Source of the DNA: Mantamonas sphyraenae STR306
Lineage: Eukaryota; Protista; CRuMs
Assembly (NCBI GenBank): GCA_026936335.1
Contig: JAPMXV010000035.1
Coordinates: forward strand, 310,001-374,000
Length of the DNA stretch: 64,000 bases
Reading direction: 5' to 3'
Shown: piece after piece, positions 41,595-51,420 of the stretch
How the letters are laid out: each line of letters begins with the position of its first letter
Position numbering within the stretch: position 1 is the stretch's first letter
Made by a program: the position numbers and the translations under genes
Notes under the pieces: model-generated
Told to the model about the DNA's origin: nothing
The model's database searches: none
What the model saw: only the letters and a program-made list of their open reading frames with translations

Positions 41595-44500
41595 TCAGAG
41601 CTCGGCATCTGCAGTGGCATCCTTGCTTTCGCTGGCCTCATCTTCGAGGATTCCGCGAAGAGTTTCGCCCATGGCGGAGATCTCTTCGTCGGTGACGGGC
41701 ACGGTCTCGACCTCGTCGCGCCGCCTGGCGGCCTGTTCTTGGGCCTCGCGTACCTTTCGCTCGGCCTCCCTCTTTGCCTCTTCCTCCTTCATGGCCTTGG
41801 CCTTGCGGGCACGCTCTTCTGCCTCGACCTGGAGGCGGCCGATGGTGTTGTTGCCAGCAAGGAAAGACTGGATGGAGCCGACGCCGGCATTTGCGGCCAT
41901 GGTGCGCTGCAGCAGCTTGAATTCTGCACTTCCGAGGGCGTCTGTGTCCTGGGAAAGCTCGATGGTGGCGCCCTCGGGCATGCGGAGGAACTGGCGGTAG
42001 ATGGAGCGGCGTCCGTCGAGCTCGACGTTCCAAATGACCATGTGGACGGCCGTCTCTTTGCGCATGCGGCGGCCGTTGATATACACATAGTCGTCGTCGT
42101 TGTCGCTGCCGCTGCGTTTGTTGTTGTTGTTGCCACGTTTGCGGTTGTCCTTTTTCGGTTTGCGTGTGCTGTTGCGTGTGCTACCGGTGCTGCTGACGCT
42201 GGCGGGCAGAAGTGGTTCGTCTTCGCCCCAGCCGTCTTGGTCGTCGTCCTCGAGGTCGTCCCACTCGGTGCCCTTTGTGCCACGGCGGATGTCGTCGGTT
42301 TCGACGACAAACTCAAAGTGCTCGACGACGGTGCGCCTGCGGGTGCCCTTTTCGCCGCGCCAGCGTTCGGCGCGAGCAAAGATGCGGCGGAGGGTGGACA
42401 TGGGCACCTCGTTGTCGAGGGGCACAAAGAAGCGCGTCTCGTCCATATTGAGGCGGAAAAAGACGTCGAGCATGCGGCCGTTCATGTGGACGGAGAGGAT
42501 GTAGTTGTAAAAGACAATGGCGCTGACGGCAAACATGACAAAGTAGAGGACGAGGACGAGAAAGACGCCCACGGCGCCGCTGTTTTCGTGGAGGAGAAAG
42601 TGCTGGTAGAGTTTGAAGGCGTCGCCAAAGTAGTTTTCGGTGGCGAGGTCGACAATGAAAATGAGGAGCGGGTCGAGGAGAGTGGCGATGCCAAAGCAGA
42701 GGAGGAGGCGTGAGAGGGTGTCTGGGATGCCTGTGGCGAGGTTCTGGACGGCAAGGGCACAGGCGCTAAAGATGGAAAAGATGATGAGGTTGAAAAAGGG
42801 CCCGGCGAGGATGGCGCCGATCTCGATGTAGGTGGGGACGACTTCCCATAGGTAGCTGAGGCGGATGGTGTATGCAAAGACGGCAAACTCTGAGATGGGA
42901 ACGCGAAAGAGGTAGAGGAAGCACCACTGGCCAAAGTAGTGGGTGAAGAGGCGGAGCCAGAAGACGACGAGAAGCATGAGCATGGTGAGCCAAAAGTCTG
43001 GGGTGCGCCAGCGGGTGGGCCCAAACTCGAGGAGGAGCTCGCGGCGGATGTACTCGACCTTTTTGGCAGCCTCGCGGCGTTCGAGGGCGCCCTTGGGCTG
43101 GGGAACGGAGAAGCGGAAGCGCTCGAGGACCTGTGCGCTGGTGAGCTTTGCGCCGCGTGCGCGCTTGCGTTGGGCGTATTTTTGGTGCTTGTTGAAGACG
43201 GAGTAGGCCTCGTTGGTGGCGGAAAACTCGAGGGCGGTGCCCTGGTGGAGAATGAAAGCGAGCTGCTCGTTCTGCTCCTTGATCTGTTCGCTGGAGTCGG
43301 CTTTGAGATCAAACTTGAGGCGGTGTTTGAGGGTGGCCATGCGGGCGCGAATAGACTTGCTGCGGGCCTCCTGGGTGAGCTTCTTGTCAGCGCCAGCGGC
43401 GGCGGCGGCGGGAGTTTGGCCGAGTTGTTCCTTGTCAAAAAAGCCGGCAGGGGCAGAGGAGGTAGAGTCTGCAAGGCCCACGCCTGCGCCAGACTGTGGA
43501 TTGTCGTGGTGGTGGTGGTCGTCGTCTGGATTTTGTGGGTCGTCGTTGAGGTCTGTGTCGCTGAGGTCGCCGTCCTGCTCGAGGGCGGCGTCTGCGAGGG
43601 AGCGTGAAAAGGCCTCTTCGCGGTCGCGGTCGGGGTGACCAAGGAGGGCAGAGGTGTAGTCGAGCATGACTTCGTACTCCATCTGGCCGGCCTGGTAGCG
43701 AGGGAGGTGGACGACCTCAAAGTAGAGGTTTGCGAGCCAGTTCTCGAGATTGTCTGCGTAGGCGCGTTCGTAGGCACGGTGTGTGTCTACGCCGAGGTCG
43801 ATCTCACCGCGGACAAGAGGGACCTTGAACTTGCCGCGGATGACGTCAAACTTGGGGTCGCTGACGGGAAAGGCGCCCCAGGCGACGACTTGGTCGAGGT
43901 CTGCGGCGCGGCCCTTGAGCATAAAGAGCTCAAAGATGAAGACCATGGAGGGGCGCATGTCGCGCTTGGAGGGACAGACGGTGTAGACGGACTGGTCGAA
44001 GCGGAGCTCGAGATCCTCGAAGCGGCCTGAGTGTTTGACGGGCCGTGTGGCGCCGTACCACTCGTGGCCCTTGAGGTTGCTCCAACGCATGCTCTGGCCG
44101 CCGAGGCGGTCAAACATGGAGACGAGAAGGACGTACTTGCCTGGGAGGACCTTGTCCTTTGCGGCGCGGAGCATCTCGAGGCGGAGCTGGATGGGCTGGG
44201 GCGTGTCTTTCCACTCGACGTGGTAGTGCTTCTTGGCCTGAAAGACGCCGGATTTGTCGTCGTAGGCGAGTTCACCAAACTTTTCGACGACCTGGCCGCG
44301 GCGTTCGTCGAGCTTCGCCTTGAGCTGGTCCTCTGTGCGCTCAAAGGTCTCGTGCATTTGTTTGCTCCGATTGCGGTCGAGATGGACCTGTGTGAGGTAG
44401 TCCTTGTGGTAGCGGTCCTTCTCCTCCTTGAGATGAGTCTGTAGGCGCTCGCGTGCGAGCAGCTCCTGCTTCTCGACGGCGCGTTGGCGCTCGCGAAAGG

Positions 44501-45342
44501 CGTACATCTCGCGGTCGGCCTCTGCGGCGCGCTCCTCTTCCATCCTTCGCTCCTGCTCCTCGAGGTCGGCGACGTCGAGGCGGCCGACGACGAGGGAGGT
44601 CTCACTGGCTTCGGTGTCAAAGATTTCTGTGTACTTTGGCATTCGGCGGTTCTGTGGGTGTGTGGCAGGGAGGCGAGGCGGGATAACGGTACGGGGAAGG
44701 AAAAACGGCTGGGGTGAGCGGCAAGCGGGAGGGTGTAGGGGGTTGTGGAGAGTGCGGTTGGAGGATATGGTGTGGGAGGAGTAGGGGTGTTGTCGGGGCG
44801 AGGGGGTGGAGGGAGTGTGTGCAGCGTACCTTGATGCGGTTCTTGAGTTGCTGTGCCTTTTTGCGGCGGTCGGCTTGGAGCTTTTCGATGGGACCCTTGA
44901 GGACCTGGACAAAGTCTTCGGGGTCTGAGTCTGGGTGGGCATGTGCGGATGGAGAGGGCCTGCGTCTGGAGGGGCGGCCAGGGGAGGACTGGTACTGTGC
45001 AAGGAGCCTGCGGGTGTCTGAGTTGATGTCGTCGTGGTCGGCGGGGTGGTCGTTGTCGGCAGACGGGAGGGAGGAGGAAGAGGAGGGTTGGGGAGGGTTG
45101 GAGGGAGAGGAGGAGTGGGAAGAGGATGACGAGGAGGAGGAGGTGTGTGGTGTGGTTGTGGAGGAGCTGGGGAGGGCTGTGGGGAGGTCTGGCATGCGAG
45201 GGACGGTGGGGAGCGAAGTGGTGTTGAGGGTCTGCATCTCGACGTGCTCGCGGGTATTTGTGTGATCCTCCTGCCTGTCGGTGCCAGACTCTCGCACAGT
45301 GGTGGGGCGACCGTGTGCGGGGAGGACTGGAAGCTGTTGCAT
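41595..45342 (-). CDS. OFCC1-like multi-pass membrane protein
   Basis: Exons 45342-44830 and 44651-41595. Coiled coil; W..TPQP..LRAAKDK..G.YVL.VS.FDRLGG; AWGAFP; about 5 TM helices ending [11 protein letters not shown]. Family call is from memory. Confidence 0.65.
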
Positions 45343-45421
45343 GCGAGGAGTCGGAGTAGGTTTTTTGGGGTTGGCGAGGGAGCGGGGGCGGAGGCACGGA
45401 AAGAAGGGAGTCGTTGGGCAG

Positions 45422-46373
45422 ATGGGCAAGTCGGGCAAAGCAAACCATCGGGGCAAGGGTAAAGGTGGAGGCCAGGGAGGGTTTTCAGGGAAGGGCAAGG
45501 GTCAACGGAAGGGAGGGCCGCGTACGAATCACGGGTCGAGCACGACGGCCGGGACGGTGGTGGAGAACACGGGGCTGAGGTTAGCGATGTGGGACTTTGG
45601 GCAATGTGACGCGAAGCGATGCACGGGGCGGAAACTGTGCCGACAGGGTCTGTTGTACGAGCTGAAGCTGTCGCAGAGGTTCGGCGGACTGATTCTCTCG
45701 CCAGACGGGGAGCAGGCGGTGTCGCCTGCGGACCGGGAGCTTGTGGAGGGATCTGGTGTGGCGGTGGTGGATTGTTCGTGGGCAAAGATTGCGGATATTC
45801 CGTGGGGGAAGATGCAAGGAGGGCAGCCACGGTTGTGTGAGTTGGAGGGGGGGATGGGATTAGAGGGGGGGGGGGGGTGGAGGGTGACTGACACGGTTGC
45901 ACGGTGCAGTGCCGTTCTTGGTGGCAGCGAATCCAGTGAATTATGGAAAGCCGATGCGGTTGACGTGTGCAGAGGCGGTGGCTGCGACGCTGTATATTAC
46001 AGGGTTTCCAGAGGCGGCAGACAAGCTGATGAATCAGTTTAAGTGGGGGCCTGTGTTTTATCAGCTGAACGAGAGGTTGTTGGAGCAGTATGCAGGGTGT
46101 GCGGACAGTGGAGAGGTGGTTGCAGTGCAGATGGAGTACTTGGAGGAGGTTCGGGAGGAGCAGGAGAGGAGGCAGAGGGAGAAGGAGGAGAGGTTGGCTG
46201 GTGGGGAGGATGGAGGGATTGAGGAGGATGAGATGGGGAGTTTGAATCATCGGATGGGGAGGTTGAAGTGGAGGGGAGGGGAAGAGGGAGGAGGGGGTGG
46301 AGGGGGAGGAAGGGGAGGAAGGGGAGGAAGGGGAGGAAGAGGGGAGGAGGAAGAGGGGGAGAGAGGAGGATGA
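45422..46373 (+). CDS. TSR3: 18S rRNA aminocarboxypropyltransferase Tsr3
   Basis: [43 protein letters not shown]. Intron 45837-45909. The low-complexity tail may be frameshifted, with the true stop at 46471-46473. Confidence 0.92.
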
Positions 46374-46498
46374 TGTGGTGGTGATCTTGGCGGAGGAGGA
46401 AGGGGAGGAAGGGGAGGAGGGGGAGGAGGAGGATGTGGTGGTGATCTTGGCGGAGGAAGAAGGGGAGGAATGAAGGTTGCGGTTGCATTGCACGGGGA

Positions 46499-46822
46499 CT
46501 ACTCGTGAGGGAGGGCGTGGAGAAGGATGGAGGCGAGGGAGCCGTGGGTGTGCTGGAGGATGAGGGCGTCAGAGGGGCGTGTGACGCCAAGGGCGGCGAG
46601 TGCGGCGTCGGCTTGGTCGTCGGGAGTGTGGTGGCGGGAGACGGCGTGCCAGAAGGAGGTTTCCATGGCGTCTGCGTGTTGGGAGACGAGGCGGAGTTGG
46701 CGGAGGGCCGTGGTCGGGGCAGACGGGGAGTTTGCTCGAAATCGGACGGGGATCAGGATTTGGTCTGCGTCGAACTGGGAGGCAAGGATGTGCTGGAGAG
46801 AGGTGCAGGAGTAGGAGTCCAT
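46499..46822 (-). CDS. Hypothetical 107 aa protein
   Basis: ATG-initiated ORF that fills the gap, with the C-ending codon style of neighbouring minus-strand genes. No motif recognised. Confidence 0.35.
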   Translation of the reverse strand: MDSYSCTSLQHILASQFDADQILIPVRFRANSPSAPTTALRQLRLVSQHADAMETSFWHAVSRHHTPDDQADAALAALGVTRPSDALILQHTHGSLASILLHALPHE

Positions 46823-46863
46823 GGTGTGGGCGGGAGTTTGCGTGTGGTGTGTGTTGTGTTGGA

Positions 46864-48336
46864 TCAGATCGGGGGCGGCTGGACTTGGGTGCCGCGGGGC
46901 GCGGTGGGGACGACGGGCTGGAGAAAGTCGTGGGGAATGTGGCCGGTCTGGGCAACGCGAGCATATTCTTCGGGGAGGGTGTTGAGCTCTGCGTAGTGTG
47001 CGGAGCGAATGCGGCGGACCTTCCAGCGGGTGTAGGCCCAGACAAGGACGGCGGCGATGATGGCGACGCCGATGAGGGAGTACTGCCACCAGGGGAAGGC
47101 CTCGAAGGATTGCTCGCGGGTAAAGACGGCAAAGGCGCCAGAGCCGGTGTCGACGACGACATTGAGGTTCTGGAGCGGGGTGCCGAGGGAGACGGTGGTG
47201 GTGTACTGGAGCTGGTCGGCGTTTGTGACGGGGACGGTGCTGGTGGAGCCAGAGGCGGTGTCGAGGGCGAGGACGTGGAGGGTGCGGGTGCGATCGGGGC
47301 GAGGGACACGGGTGCGTGTGAGGGTGTGGGTTGCAGGAGCTGTGGCAAGGGAGTAGTTGTAGTTGCGCTGCGCAAGGAGGAGCTCGGGGGCGTCGTCGTG
47401 GGTGAGGTTGTGGACGACGAGGACGTTGCGCATAAAGACGTCGCCGAGGAGAAAGACGTCTGGCATCTGAGCGTCGGTGCCGATGCACTGGCGCCATTCG
47501 TTGACGTCGGGCTTGTCTGCGTTGAGGATAAAGTCGTCAAAGGGGACGCGGAACTCCCAGCCGTTGATCTTGACATAGACGTCCGGGCGTGTGGTTGTGA
47601 GGTCGGGCCAGGTGCTGAGGGCAGACTCGAACCAGTTGAAGGCACTCTGCGGGTTGAGTTTGGTCTTGCCCGGGAGGAGGAGGCAGGAGGTGCCGGAGTC
47701 GACGACGGCGGTGGTGCCGGACGCAAAGGTGAAGGCCTTGGAAATGTGTGCGTCGGCAAGTCTGAGGGATTGGACCTGGATGCTGTAGGAGCGAATGGCA
47801 CAGTCTGTGGAGCCGTCTGGGCCCTTGCACTCCTTTTGGAGCGGGGCGGAAACGAGGGGCGGTGTGAAACTGGCCGGATCGTAGCCGCCGAGGTCGAGGT
47901 GGCCACCGTGCTTGGAAAGGAGGAGAGAAAACAGGCGGCGGGGCATGAGGTTGGGTGGAGTGGGGTCGAGAATGGAGGGAGGGCGGCGTGCGCGGCCAGA
48001 GAGGGTGTCGAGGAGGGAGGGAAGGGCTTTGGAAACGGCCGGGCTGAGGCCGAGGATGCCGTCGACGTGGGACCAGTTGCCCGAGGAGTTTGTGATGCAG
48101 CCAAAGGCGGCGCGTGCGTGGAAGGCGCCGAGGTGGGCGTGGTCTTCGCAGAGGTAGCCCTTGAGGGAGGAGTCGTCGAGGTAGGAGAGCTGGAAGGTGG
48201 TGGTGATGTGCTGGGTCTCGCCCGGCTTGTTGTAGGTGGAGGAGGCGGTGGGGGTGTAGTAGGTGCGTGCGTGTGCGTGGAGGGAGAGGAGAGCGATGGT
48301 GAGGAGGAGGAGAAGGAGGCGAGGGGGTTGGGCCAT
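46864..48336 (-). CDS. Type I membrane pepsin-like (A1) aspartic protease, circularly permuted
   Basis: Signal peptide, then Y.P.ASSTY, DGILGL, FSLLL..LDLGGYD, VVDSGTS, LLGDVFMR, then Y...VSLGTP.Q...VVVDTGS and a TM helix. Confidence 0.88.
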   Translation of the reverse strand: MAQPPRLLLLLLTIALLSLHAHARTYYTPTASSTYNKPGETQHITTTFQLSYLDDSSLKGYLCEDHAHLGAFHARAAFGCITNSSGNWSHVDGILGLSPAVSKALPSLLDTLSGRARRPPSILDPTPPNLMPRRLFSLLLSKHGGHLDLGGYDPASFTPPLVSAPLQKECKGPDGSTDCAIRSYSIQVQSLRLADAHISKAFTFASGTTAVVDSGTSCLLLPGKTKLNPQSAFNWFESALSTWPDLTTTRPDVYVKINGWEFRVPFDDFILNADKPDVNEWRQCIGTDAQMPDVFLLGDVFMRNVLVVHNLTHDDAPELLLAQRNYNYSLATAPATHTLTRTRVPRPDRTRTLHVLALDTASGSTSTVPVTNADQLQYTTTVSLGTPLQNLNVVVDTGSGAFAVFTREQSFEAFPWWQYSLIGVAIIAAVLVWAYTRWKVRRIRSAHYAELNTLPEEYARVAQTGHIPHDFLQPVVPTAPRGTQVQPPPI

Positions 48337-48379
48337 GGTGAAGGGAGGTGGGATTGTTGTGTTGGCGGCGGAGGAGGCA

Positions 48380-50175
48380 ATGTCGTCGTTCTGGCAAGGG
48401 AGCAATGGACGGGGCACCGGAGAGGAGCAGGGGTCGCCGTGGGCGCTGTCGTCAGCACTGGCAAAGTTGAATGATTCGCTGGACTTTGACAAGCTGAAGG
48501 AGAAGGAGGAAGGGGTGGGGCGGAGAAAGGTGGTGGCGGAGGTGGTGGAGGAGCAGGATGAACGGGAGGAGGAGCGGGAGGAGGAGCGGGAGGAGGAGCG
48601 GGAGGAGGAAGAGGAGGAGAAGAAGAAGCGCAGGGGCAAGGAAGTGGCAAAGGTGGTGGCGACGCCGCCAGGGACGCCGTCGCTGGGGAGTCGGCGGAAG
48701 CCGCCGAGTGCGCTGTCGTCTCGGCGTGCGGACGACGAGGTGGCACGGCTAAAGGAGGCGCTGGCACAGAGGGAGGCGCAGCTGGAGGCACACATTGCAC
48801 GTGCGGCACAGTATCACGAGAGCGCGGAGCTGGAGGCACGTGCCGGGGACGTGGAGTCGCTGCGGGAAGAGTTTACGGCACGGCTGGCCGAGGCGCAGGG
48901 GAAGGTGAAGAGGCTGAGCGGACGGATCGAAACGCTAAAGGGGGAGCTGGCAGAGGCGCAAAAGGGGAAGGAGGAGGCGGAAGGGCTGCGGGCGGAGGGG
49001 GAACGGCTGGCGGAGGAGAACGGTCGGTTGCGGAGCGAGTTGAAGGAGGCGCGAGAGGAAGCAAAGGGCCTGCGGGAAAGCAACGGGGAGCTGCGAGCCA
49101 AGGTGGCGGCGATGCGAAAGACGCTGGAGGAGACGTCGTCGGCAGCAGAGTCGCAGCTGGACGCGTCGTTGGCGGACATGGAGGCGAGCATGCGTGCGCG
49201 GGAGGCGATTTCAAGGAGAATGAGGGGTCGTTCAAAGCGACGGTGCAGGAGCTTCGAGCGACGCTGCAGCGTGTGCAGGAGGGGGCGGAGAGGCGAGAGG
49301 AGGCGCTGCGGGCGGAAATCGGACAGTATCAGGAACAGGTGGAGGAAGCTGAGGGGAGGATCGCGGAACTGCAGGAAAGCGCAGGGGCGGCGGCGATACC
49401 GCTGATGAAGGAGACGGAGACGCTGCGGAAGCGAATTGGGTCGTTGAAAGAGGCTTGGGAGATGCGGGAGGGGACGCTTGTGGAACGTGCGGAGGACGCG
49501 GAGCGAGGGATGGCGGAGGCGGAGGCGAAGTGTGCGCGTGCACGTGCGGCGGCGCAGGAGGCGAAGCGGAGGTTGGTGCGTGCAGAGGGGCAAGCAAAAG
49601 AGAGGGAGGAGCGTGTGAGGGAGCTGGAGCGGCGTGTGGTGGAGCTGGAGGAGCGCGGGGTGGAGGTTGTGGAGAAGCGGGTGGAAGTGCCGGTGGAGAA
49701 GATTGTGGAGCGGGTGGTTGTGGAGCGGGTGGAGGTGCCTGTGGAAAAGATTGTGGAGCGTGTGGTGGAGGTGCCTGTGGAGGTGGAGGTTGCGGTGGAA
49801 GGGAGGGGCAAGGAGAAGGAGAGAGCGAGCGTGGGGACGCCAACGGATGGGGTGTATGTGGACGAGCAGCTGCAGAGGAGACTGGAGTTGAAGCAGGGGG
49901 AGTGCGAAAGCTTGAAGGAGAGGGTGCGTGGGCTGGAGCGGAAAATGGGGATGCTGGAGGGGGAGCTGGTGGAGGCGACGGAGAAGCTGGAAGGGCTGCA
50001 GGGCGGGTTGGGGCGGGAGGAGGCCGGGAAGTTGCAGAGGAGCTACATGGCGTGCCTGGAGCTGCTGGGAGAAAAGACAGAGGAGGTGGAGAGGCTGGAG
50101 GGGGATTTGCAGGAGGTGAAAGGGTTGTATCAGGAGGAAATTGCGGCGCTGATTGGGAGGCTGGAGGAAAGGTGA
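48380..50175 (+). CDS. TMF1: TMF1/Sgm1-like golgin coiled-coil protein, one frameshift
   Basis: Long coiled coil and C-terminal Y..CLELLGEKTEEVERL..DL..VK.LY..EI signature. Frame change at ~49211. Confidence 0.8.
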
Positions 50176-50251
50176 TGGTCGCAGAGGTCGGATGTCGACG
50201 CGGAGACGGAGGGGTGGGTAGTGGGGGGAGCGGGTGGATATGTGAACAAAC

Positions 50252-50322
50252 ACGCCGCTGGTGTAGTGGTAACATAGGTGCCTTCCAAGCACTTGCTTCG
50301 GGTTCGATTCCCGAGCGGCGTA
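50252..50322 (+). tRNA. tRNA-Gly(TCC)
   Basis: Cloverleaf: acceptor ACGCCGC/GCGGCGT, anticodon arm GGTGC-CTTCCAA-GCACT, T arm TCGGG-TTCGATT-CCCGA, downstream T5. Confidence 0.93.
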
Positions 50323-50516
50323 CTCTTTTTGGGGATTTTTTTTGGTGGTGGAGTGGGGGGTAGGGTGGGTGGGGTAGGGTGGGTGGGGTAGGGTGGGAGA
50401 GGGAGAGGGAGGGTGGAGGGTGGAAGGAGGGGGGAAGGAGGGAGGAAGGAAGGGTTGGCGCAGGCGCAGCAAGAGTTTTTTCGTTTTTTGGGTTCCCTCT
50501 TTGTCAGCTTGAAGAG

Positions 50517-51035
50517 ATGCGCGTCTTGGTTGCTCTGACTGTTGTGGTTGCATGCTGCGCAGCGTTTGCAGTGGGCGCTCCGGCGCCGCCGACTATCCCG
50601 TCGTTCACGTCACAGCTGAAGGAAGTCAATCTGCACAGCAAGCCGTGGTGGGGCACGTTTGCACTGGACGTGGCCGGGAACCAGATGCTGATGGACGTCA
50701 ACATCAACGGGACGTCGGAGTACGACACGTTGCTGACGGGAGGCAACATGTACGTGGTGCAGAACAATCTGTTCTGCGACAAGACGGCGGATTCACGCAA
50801 GGCCACTTTCATTTGGGAGGGCTTGCCGAAGACGACGTACAACGGCACGTCGGTGATCAACGGCGTCACTGTGTCCAACTATGTGTTGGCAGGAAAGATC
50901 TACTACCAGTTTACCGACTCGAACACGCCGTACTATGCTCTGTGGAGCGGGATCGAGCTGTGGTTTGAGGACGTCAAGGTGCAGACGCCGCCGAAGGGGA
51001 CATTTGACGTGCCCAGCTGCTGCAACAGCGAGTGA
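50517..51035 (+). CDS. Small secreted protein, ependymin-related/LolA-fold-like
   Basis: Signal peptide, PPTIP, beta-rich core, Y.G...ING, C-terminal FDVPSCC. Fold call is inference. Confidence 0.6.
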   Translation: MRVLVALTVVVACCAAFAVGAPAPPTIPSFTSQLKEVNLHSKPWWGTFALDVAGNQMLMDVNINGTSEYDTLLTGGNMYVVQNNLFCDKTADSRKATFIWEGLPKTTYNGTSVINGVTVSNYVLAGKIYYQFTDSNTPYYALWSGIELWFEDVKVQTPPKGTFDVPSCCNSE

Positions 51036-51045
51036 TTGTGCGGTT

Positions 51046-51058
51046 GACGGGGAGAAGG

Positions 51059-51118
<60 letters not shown>

Positions 51119-51167
51119 ATGCTTCCTAGCAGAGGCACTCTCGATCCGCCGTGGTGACGGGAGAAGG

Positions 51168-51205
<38 letters not shown>

Positions 51206-51208
51206 ATG
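51046..51208. repeat. Two (GA)n microsatellites in a short duplicated cassette
   Basis: TGACGGG(G)AGAAGGCG-(GA)n-GGGAATG occurs twice. Confidence 0.9.
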
Positions 51209-51312
51209 TAGGAGGGATCCGCCGTGGTCGCGTGGGCGGTTTGGTGATGGTGGAAGCAGACACCTGTAACTGAGGGTGGAGCATAGTAGAGGTGAAAAAA
51301 ACGGAAAACGCG

Positions 51313-51383
51313 ACGACTGTGGTGTAGGGGTAACATACACGCTTCCCAAGCGTGTGCCTCGGGTTCGATTCCCGGCTGTCGTA
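51313..51383 (+). tRNA. tRNA-Gly(CCC)
   Basis: Acceptor ACGACTG/CTGTCGT (one T-T mismatch), anticodon arm CACGC-TTCCCAA-GCGTG, GGTTCGATTCC, downstream T8. Confidence 0.88.
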
Positions 51384-51420
51384 CTTTTTTTTGCGCGCGA
51401 GTGGAGTTGAGAGCAGGATG

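Noticed and set aside
44652-46493. N-terminal ~600 aa of the 1632 aa minus-strand ORF
   Set aside because: It is Pro/Ser-rich antisense read-through of TSR3 and of an intron. The real upstream exon is in another frame (45342-44830).
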